Source of the DNA: Sediminibacterium sp.
GTDB lineage: Bacteria > Bacteroidota > Bacteroidia > Chitinophagales > Chitinophagaceae
Assembly: GCA_028687975.1 (NCBI GenBank)
Contig: JAQTZD010000005.1
Location: 2,905-66,904 of the forward strand
Reading direction: 5' to 3'
DNA length: 64,000 nt
Made by a program: the position numbers and the translations under genes. The notes under the pieces are model-generated. The model had not been told where the DNA came from and ran no database searches. It saw only the letters and a list, made by a program, of their open reading frames with translations. Below are positions 57,825 to 64,000 of the stretch, one piece after another (position 1 is the stretch's first letter; each line of letters starts with the position of its first letter).

Positions 57825-60404
57825 TTAAAAATCAAACCTGAATCTTGTTCTGATACCATAAGGAGAAATTTCCGGATGATCGAGGTAACTGAATCTTTTA
57901 ACAAAATCGACCCGGATAAGTTTCAGGATATTCTCAATACCAACGCTTCCTTCCATATATGGCTTACCAGATTCCAGTGCAAAGGTAGATGTGGCGCCGT
58001 TAATTTTAGGATACTGGAACAATGAAGGGTTGTTGACCGGATTATTTTCCGGCCTTACGCCACCGTAGAGGATTTTGAAGGAAGCCACTTCACGCAGTTT
58101 CAGTTTCTTGAACAGCGGAATCCGGTTGAACCCGATTCCCATAAAGTGGTGAACCCAGGTAAATGAGGCATAGCGGTCACTGACAAATTCCAGGAAGTTC
58201 ATCAGGTTATAAGAATTCATCTGGTATGCGAAAGTCTGGTTGGCACGGTGAATGGTCATCAAAGGAAAAGGCACTTGGCCAAAGGTATAACCCGCTTCCA
58301 TGGCCGCATCTGCATAACCCAGGCGGGACAGGTAAAAGCGCTTATCCACTTTTAAATCCAATTGATGGTAATTGTACTGTCCTCCCAGCAAGCCTTTAAT
58401 CCCCGCTGAATAATTCAGGGTCATGATGGGATATTTATTGAAAATCGGTATCCGGTATACCTTTCCCTGGTAGTATTGTTCTTTAGGCGCCCACCGGATC
58501 TGTGCATTGATTTCTGTAGTGGTCAACTGAGGAACATTCTCCGGAAATCCATTATCGGTTTTGGTATACGACAAGCCCCCTGCAGGCTGCTGCCGCCAGT
58601 TCTTCAGCCCCAGTGTATAGGAAAACTTGCTCTTGAACTCCTTTACAAATTCCACTTTATAAATATCGTTGTAGAGCCAGCGATCGTTGTTTCCGCGTTT
58701 AAAAGACAAAAGGAAATTGTCTTCCTGAACAAACTCCAGGTCCTGTCCGGGAATTTTGGTGTCGGACTGAGCACTAATCCGGATAAAGTTCATCGGGAAA
58801 GTATAGATCGACTTATTGTTGAGTGAATATGTGGAACTGATAAAGTATTTCCATTTCTCGTCTTTGAATCCGTATGCGCCATAGGTTTCAAAATATAGCC
58901 GCTTACTCAGGGCCGGGGTGGTTCTTCCTCCCACACGCAAACGGAATCCTTCCACCGGGTTGAAGCTGTAAAATGTATTTACCGGTCCCACTTCAAATTT
59001 GCCCAGGTTACCATATCCGGCAAACAACAAGGTAGCTACCGCCATGGTTCTTCTGAAAGAAGGCATTTTTTCCAGGCTGTCGATATTGGTATATACTCTG
59101 GACTCTGTTAAACTCAACTGATCGTGTCGTTTTGCAGTCCAGAAAGTATCCGGCAGTTTATCAACAAAGTCTTTTCTAACAACAGGTGAGCCTGCGTATG
59201 TACTATCCGGTCTCGGACTGTTGATGGTGAAATTTTTATAGGAAACCGTTCGTTCTCCAAAAAAGCCTCCGCTGTTTTTATTCTTGCTCAATCCCATGTC
59301 GGCCATGAGTGTGCTCTTTTGCAGGTGGTAGCGCTTATCTTCTCCTCGTTCAAAATCCAGGTCTATATGCATTTCCTTCACCCAGTTGATATTGGCATTC
59401 TTACTCAGGAACATGTTGATTTTCTGTACCCCGTAATTGCCATCGAGGGTGATGTACATATTGCCCCTGAATAACAGATCATTGGTATTGCGGGGGGTAA
59501 AATACATTTTCACCAGCTTGGTGCCATATTCGTCGGTAATGGTATCTCGGATATAGAACATGTAGAAAGCAGGTGCAGAATTGGCAATCGGACTCAGGAA
59601 CTGAAAAGTGAAAACATGAATATCGTTCTGATAGATGTCGATGTTTTCGTACAACCTGTTCAAAAGGGTACTTAAACCGTCGTTGTCTACATAACTTCCG
59701 AAGTTCACTTTCTTCTCGCCAAGAATAATAGACTTGCTTGCCTCCGGCGACTTGCGCAGGAACTGCTGAGACAATCTTTCCTCGAGATATATGGGTAAAA
59801 GGCTCTTCCCTTCCATTTTGGTGGTATCCCTGTTATCGAAAATGAAACTGTACTTTTTCATCAACTTTGAATTAGCCAGTTTCTCCGTTGAATTACTCAG
59901 TGCAGCCTGAATTTTTTCATACTGCTCATATTCCACATAATCGTAACTGGTAGTCCGGTTTTCGTCCCGATGCTCAATTACTTTACGAATCAGTTCCACT
60001 GCCGGGTTATTCCGGTTGCTGTATTTTGCCCGTTTGTTGGTACTTACTGTTACATTGCTCATCAAAGCTGGATCAGGTCCCATCATGATGGTCAGGTCTT
60101 CCACACTTCCCTTCTTAATGGTAAACTGCAGCTGCCTGTATCCCACAGAAGAAACAATGAGTTTATTGCTGTTGCCGGAGTAAATAATCATAAAATTACC
60201 CAGGCTGTCGGTGGAACGTCCTCTCCCCCCTTTGAAATATACACTGGCTTGTGCAATCGGCCTGCCTGTAAGAGAGTCGATGACCCTTCCCTTCACCACC
60301 GTTCCCTGTCCAAAACTGTCTGTAACAGCTGTAAACAGCAACACCAGCCCCAGCAAGCACTGTTTCCACCCTATACTATTTATGAATTTATTTTTTAAAA
60401 ACAT
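57825..60404 (-). CDS. Outer-membrane protein: CarboxypepD_reg-like N-domain plus DUF5686 beta-barrel
   Basis: Signal peptide, VKGRVIDS-TG-PI--ASV...VSSVGY N-domain, NPAVELIRKVI, C-terminal aromatic beta-signal RFRFDF; start moved to 60404. Confidence 0.85.
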   Translation of the reverse strand: MFLKNKFINSIGWKQCLLGLVLLFTAVTDSFGQGTVVKGRVIDSLTGRPIAQASVYFKGGRGRSTDSLGNFMIIYSGNSNKLIVSSVGYRQLQFTIKKGSVEDLTIMMGPDPALMSNVTVSTNKRAKYSNRNNPAVELIRKVIEHRDENRTTSYDYVEYEQYEKIQAALSNSTEKLANSKLMKKYSFIFDNRDTTKMEGKSLLPIYLEERLSQQFLRKSPEASKSIILGEKKVNFGSYVDNDGLSTLLNRLYENIDIYQNDIHVFTFQFLSPIANSAPAFYMFYIRDTITDEYGTKLVKMYFTPRNTNDLLFRGNMYITLDGNYGVQKINMFLSKNANINWVKEMHIDLDFERGEDKRYHLQKSTLMADMGLSKNKNSGGFFGERTVSYKNFTINSPRPDSTYAGSPVVRKDFVDKLPDTFWTAKRHDQLSLTESRVYTNIDSLEKMPSFRRTMAVATLLFAGYGNLGKFEVGPVNTFYSFNPVEGFRLRVGGRTTPALSKRLYFETYGAYGFKDEKWKYFISSTYSLNNKSIYTFPMNFIRISAQSDTKIPGQDLEFVQEDNFLLSFKRGNNDRWLYNDIYKVEFVKEFKSKFSYTLGLKNWRQQPAGGLSYTKTDNGFPENVPQLTTTEINAQIRWAPKEQYYQGKVYRIPIFNKYPIMTLNYSAGIKGLLGGQYNYHQLDLKVDKRFYLSRLGYADAAMEAGYTFGQVPFPLMTIHRANQTFAYQMNSYNLMNFLEFVSDRYASFTWVHHFMGIGFNRIPLFKKLKLREVASFKILYGGVRPENNPVNNPSLFQYPKINGATSTFALESGKPYMEGSVGIENILKLIRVDFVKRFSYLDHPEISPYGIRTRFRFDF

Positions 60405-60771
60405 ACTTTCCTTGTAAAACATAATTATAAAATATACCAACCAATAAGGATACCAATATCTTGGAAAACACATAGTTCACGTTAAAAACATGCACCATCA
60501 ATGCCAGCCCGCCCACATTTAACAGCAAGTTCCCCACCCATACCAACAGGTATTTAAGTGCCTGCTGTGGTACCGGATGTTCTTTTGACTGGAACACCCA
60601 GTTTCTTCCCAGTGTAAAGTTCAGTACCCCGCCCGTGGTAGTTCCGATTGCACCGGCAATCACAGGAGGCAGGTGCACCAGTTCCACCATCAATACTGTT
60701 ACCAGAAAATCGGTAGCAGATGATATCAAAGAAGATGCCTGAGCCTTTATAAATACCCACCATTTTACCAT
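60388..60771 (-). CDS. GtrA family membrane protein (putative lipid flippase; BT_1524-like)
   Basis: 127 aa, four TM, D--V...NF-L-R-WVF...K-------YNY-LQ--YVF. Confidence 0.88.
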   Translation of the reverse strand: MVKWWVFIKAQASSLISSATDFLVTVLMVELVHLPPVIAGAIGTTTGGVLNFTLGRNWVFQSKEHPVPQQALKYLLVWVGNLLLNVGGLALMVHVFNVNYVFSKILVSLLVGIFYNYVLQGKYVFKK

Positions 60772-61220
60772 AACTGCAGATATAGCATTATTTGTAAAAC
60801 AATATTGGCATAAATACCAGCCAGTACGTCATCCCCCATCACCCCCCAGCCTTTTGGCAGTTGTTCCATTTTTCTGACCATCAGCGGCTTCGCGATGTCG
60901 AAAAAACGAAAAAGTGCCAGGGCAACCAGCAGGTTCGTCAGATTTAGCGGAACAAACAAAAGGCTGATAAACATGCCCGCCACTTCATCAATCACCACTT
61001 TACTGCTGTCTTTGCCCCACAATGGTTCCACTTCGGCTGCGCCCCAAACCCCATAGGCCGTAACCAATAAGGTTACTCCGGCAGTAACTGCCAACTGCGC
61101 CTGATCAAATGCATAATACCAAATGATACAGGCTACCGCTGCAGCAACAGTGCCACCGCCTTTGGATATATAACCTATACCCAAAAAACTGGTTAATGTC
61201 TGGTGCAGCCTGATCATCAT
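60765..61220 (-). CDS. pgpA: Phosphatidylglycerophosphatase A family (PIP phosphatase, BT_1525-like)
   Basis: GTVAA, VVIDEVAG, FRFFDIAKP, GVMGDDVLAGIYA. Confidence 0.92.
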   Translation of the reverse strand: MMIRLHQTLTSFLGIGYISKGGGTVAAAVACIIWYYAFDQAQLAVTAGVTLLVTAYGVWGAAEVEPLWGKDSSKVVIDEVAGMFISLLFVPLNLTNLLVALALFRFFDIAKPLMVRKMEQLPKGWGVMGDDVLAGIYANIVLQIMLYLQLW

Positions 61221-62542
61221 AGGGCTTCTACAAGTTCCTGATAGTAATCAAGCCCCAGATGCGTAATCAGGTCTTCTCCCATCATATGACGCAATGTGTT
61301 CTGCAGTTTAATTAACTGTTTAAAAATATCGTGTTCAGGATTCAGACCAGGAGCCGTTTGCGGCGATTTAAAATAGAACGACAACCATTCCTGAATGCCG
61401 CTCATTTCTGCACGCTTTGCCAGATCCATGAACAAAGCCAGGTCCAGTACAATCGGAGCAGCTAAAATTGAATCCCGGCAGAGAAAATTAATTTTAATCT
61501 GCATCGAATAGCCCAACCATCCAAATATGTCGATATTATCCCAACTCTCTTTATTGTCTCCATGTGGAGGATAATAGTTGATTCTTACTTTATGGTATAA
61601 GTCTCCGTAAAGGGCCGGATTTTTTTCCGGCTGAAGAATATCTTCCAGTACGCTGAGCTTGGATACTTCCTTGGTTTTAAAGTTATCCGGATCATCCAGT
61701 ACCAGACCATCGCGATTCCCAAGAATATTGGTAGAGAACCAGCCGCGGACACCCAGGGCCCTTGCTGCCAAACCCGGTGCTACAATGGTTTTCATGAGGG
61801 TCTGACCAGTTTTAAAATCCTTTCCGGCTACAGGAGTACCGGTTTCTTTTGCAAGTTCAATCAATGCCGGAATATCAACCGTAAGATTGGGGGCGCCATT
61901 GGCAAACGGAACACCCAGTTTCAATGCCGCATAAGCATAAATCATGCTAGGAGCAATGGCCGGATCGCTGTTGTGCAGTCCTGCTTCAAATGCTTCCATA
62001 CTTTGATGCACTGCAGAAGCTTCTATGTACTTTTCCGTAGATCCGCACCATACAATCACCACCCGGCTACAGCCGTTTTCTTTTTGAAAAGTTTCAATAT
62101 CGTTCATTACCTGAAGGGCAAGGTCGTATTTGGATTTACCTTCTTTAATATGGGTACCATCCAGGTTTTTAACATAGGAACGATCAAATACCGCTTTCAT
62201 AGGCTGGATGGATTCCAGTTCGGGCTTCACCGCATGCAGCAGCATTGGCTCGATCACTTTGGCTTTGGAAGCAGCTTCGAACACGTTGTCGCTGTACACA
62301 TCCCAACCACCAAAAACAATGTCTTTCAGTTCCGCCAGCGGAACAAAATCCTTGATCAGAGGATACCTGTTTTCTGTTCTTTTACCCAGGCGGATATTAC
62401 CCATTTGTGTTAATGAGCCAACGGGCTGGGACAAGCCTTTGTTCACAGCAATTACTCCTGCAATCATGGTAGTACCAACAGCTCCCAGTCCGGGTATCAG
62501 TATACCCAGTTTACCTTCTGCCGGTTGTATATAATGGTTCAT
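61217..62542 (-). CDS. ino1: myo-inositol-1-phosphate synthase (BT_1526-like)
   Basis: GLGAVGTT NAD loop, GKDFKTGQTLMK, WFSTNILGNRDG, CRDSILAAPIVLDL. Confidence 0.96.
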   Translation of the reverse strand: MNHYIQPAEGKLGILIPGLGAVGTTMIAGVIAVNKGLSQPVGSLTQMGNIRLGKRTENRYPLIKDFVPLAELKDIVFGGWDVYSDNVFEAASKAKVIEPMLLHAVKPELESIQPMKAVFDRSYVKNLDGTHIKEGKSKYDLALQVMNDIETFQKENGCSRVVIVWCGSTEKYIEASAVHQSMEAFEAGLHNSDPAIAPSMIYAYAALKLGVPFANGAPNLTVDIPALIELAKETGTPVAGKDFKTGQTLMKTIVAPGLAARALGVRGWFSTNILGNRDGLVLDDPDNFKTKEVSKLSVLEDILQPEKNPALYGDLYHKVRINYYPPHGDNKESWDNIDIFGWLGYSMQIKINFLCRDSILAAPIVLDLALFMDLAKRAEMSGIQEWLSFYFKSPQTAPGLNPEHDIFKQLIKLQNTLRHMMGEDLITHLGLDYYQELVEAL

Positions 62543-62548
62543 ACGCTT

Positions 62549-63151
62549 TTATTTAGTGGTTGTTTGATGATGATTTTTAAGCCCTTCGGTCATGATGCCG
62601 GAAATAACATTGATCCTGTTTTCCAGGCCAGATAATTTATTGCTGAAATAGTCCCGTTCAATTCCCCGGATACTGCTCACAATTAAAGAAGGTAAAATGT
62701 CCATTTCATCGGATAGTTGCGCCTTGAACTCACCGGATTGAATTCCGGATTCCAGAATAGAAGCAATCAGTTGGATATCCTGCTGTGTGTACTCAGAAAA
62801 AAGTTCTTTAGAACAGGTAGGCTGCCACATCATTTCACCGCAAACCAGCTTGTACAGGTTTATCATTTTAGTCAAGACCGTGATTTTGGTAACCGCAAAA
62901 GCCCTGAGTTTCTCCTCGGCCGTTCGGGCTTTTTCCACAGCAGACTTGGTTACATTAAATACTTCCTGCAGCTCAGATTGCAACACATCCTCAAAAATCT
63001 GTTCTTTGGACTGGTAATAATAATAAAGGGTGCTTTTGCCCTTTCCCATCGCTTTGGCGATGTCTTCCATGGTAGTTTTCTTCAGACCAAAGGTTTGAAA
63101 GAGCTTTTGTGCCGCCCGTATCACATCTTCTCTGAATATAACTTCTTTCAT
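62549..63151 (-). CDS. TetR/AcrR family transcriptional regulator
   Basis: AAQKLFQTFGLKKTTMEDIAKAMGKGKSTLYYYYQSKEQIF helix-turn-helix. Confidence 0.95.
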   Translation of the reverse strand: MKEVIFREDVIRAAQKLFQTFGLKKTTMEDIAKAMGKGKSTLYYYYQSKEQIFEDVLQSELQEVFNVTKSAVEKARTAEEKLRAFAVTKITVLTKMINLYKLVCGEMMWQPTCSKELFSEYTQQDIQLIASILESGIQSGEFKAQLSDEMDILPSLIVSSIRGIERDYFSNKLSGLENRINVISGIMTEGLKNHHQTTTK

Positions 63152-63158
63152 TTGAAAC

Positions 63159-63192
63159 TTTTAGACCAAAATCGTTTTAAAGTCCAAAACTA
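63159..63192 (-). promoter_or_regulatory. Promoter -7 element (TAGTTTTG, 63185-63192) overlapping an imperfect inverted repeat TTTTAGAC-N15-GTCCAAAA (candidate TetR operator)
   Basis: Read directly; lies 8-41 nt upstream of the TetR ATG. Confidence 0.55.
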
Positions 63193-63345
63193 GGTGATTA
63201 TGCGTTAATAAGGAATTAATTTTATATAAGTGGCTACTGAGAGGGACAAATGTTACAAAAGGGCTAATTACTGGGGTTCTACCAGTTCCGAGCTACTTTC
63301 TTCCTTCATGTAGAATACAAATTGACAGAATGCAGGTATAACAAA

Positions 63346-63385
63346 TCAAAAAAGCCTGCAAATCAATGAATTGCAGGCTTTTGAT
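63346..63385 (-). terminator. Terminator hairpin 3' of tRNA-Arg
   Basis: AAAAGCCTGCAA atcaatgaa TTGCAGGCTTTT with an A6 run (U-tract on the minus strand). Confidence 0.75.
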
Positions 63386-63405
63386 ACCATTGGAAGGTAT
63401 TGTTG

Positions 63406-63479
63406 TGACCGCGTTAGGATTCAAACCTAAAACCTTCTGATCCGTAGTCAGATGCTCTATTCAGTTGAGCTACGCAGCC
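63406..63479 (-). tRNA. tRNA-Arg (ACG)
   Basis: Reverse complement GGCTGCGTAGCTCAACTGAATAGAGCATCTGACTACGGATCAGAAGGTTTTAGGTTTGAATCCTAACGCGGTCA; anticodon arm TCTGA-CT ACG GA-TCAGA; upstream TATATTTG promoter element. Confidence 0.96.
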
Positions 63480-63677
63480 ATTTCCCCCGTAAGGGGCTGC
63501 AAATATAAAACAAACCTTTTTATCAGCAAAATATGAGCTGAACTTTGTGGCATATTTTAGACAGGCTTCTGGTTTCATTGACCCATTTGAATATTTGCAA
63601 TATTAGGTCTGAAAAGCGTTGTATGATTTCTTTACAATCGAATTTCATAGAATTATACGGTAGAGCTATTTTGATAA

Positions 63678-64000
63678 TTATAATTTTTCAATCCTACCAC
63701 CGATCCGGTCTAATATTTTTTCAAACTCCGGTTGTCCCCTATAATACAAATTTCGAGAAGACTCATAACGCTTTTGCAGCCGCTCACGCGTTGCAGAATC
63801 GGACAACAGAAATGCTTCATTTTTTGCAATTGGCAACTCAAAGTCTGCAGTTGAAAAGCGTTTCTGCTTATGAATCATATATTCTTCAGTTCCAATGAAT
63901 GTCTGTATATCCGACGAAGCGAGCAGCGAGTATACGTCATAGTACTGGCGCATATAATTGGTTGCAACCTCCCCTGTTGTCATTTCTTTCCGGAATTTTG
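63678..64000 (-). CDS. Nucleotidyltransferase AbiEii/AbiGii toxin family protein, C-terminal part (runs off right edge)
   Basis: The frame stays open to the window edge (..KFRKEMTTGEVATNYMRQYYDVYSLL...FIGTEEY--HKQKRF); R(H/Q)YYD-Y-L is the AbiEii C-terminal motif. Confidence 0.7.
   Translation of the reverse strand, partial: KFRKEMTTGEVATNYMRQYYDVYSLLASSDIQTFIGTEEYMIHKQKRFSTADFELPIAKNEAFLLSDSATRERLQKRYESSRNLYYRGQPEFEKILDRIGGRIEKL

Noticed and set aside
1-64000. CRISPR array, rRNA, transposase or integrase
   Set aside because: No regularly spaced direct repeats, rRNA-like sequence, or DDE/tyrosine-recombinase ORF was seen.

Overview
Mostly core-genome DNA from a Bacteroidota genome; Chitinophagaceae-like is my inference from gene content, TAnnTTTG -7 promoter elements and T9SS genes. 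About 64 CDSs cover pyrimidine synthesis (pyrE, pyrR-pyrB, pyrC), recF-DUF721, folP, ndk, lepA, sua5, tpiA, pruA, pdhA, ribH, rnr, lpxK, hutI-hutG, pfkA-pyk and nagB, plus two tRNAs (Pro-GGG, Arg-ACG). No CRISPR array, rRNA, integrase or transposase was seen. Items worth follow-up: (1) a translationally coupled 8-gene inositol phospholipid/sphingolipid operon (55479-63151). It adds a TetR repressor, with a candidate operator overlapping the promoter, an outer-membrane DUF5686 barrel and an exported DUF4833 protein to the known Bacteroides BT_1522-BT_1526 gene set, and it converges on a sphingomyelin-synthase-like gene. This could be a synthesis, flip and export system. (2) An unannotated 27-aa ORF whose stop codon sits in a terminator-like hairpin upstream of an arginine deiminase-ctlX operon, a candidate metabolite-sensing leader-peptide attenuator. 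(3) An 8-PAS membrane sensor that ends in a His-containing DHp domain with no ATPase domain. (4) An AbiEii-type toxin gene at the right edge beside tRNA-Arg. All family assignments come from motif recognition by eye; no database searches were run.
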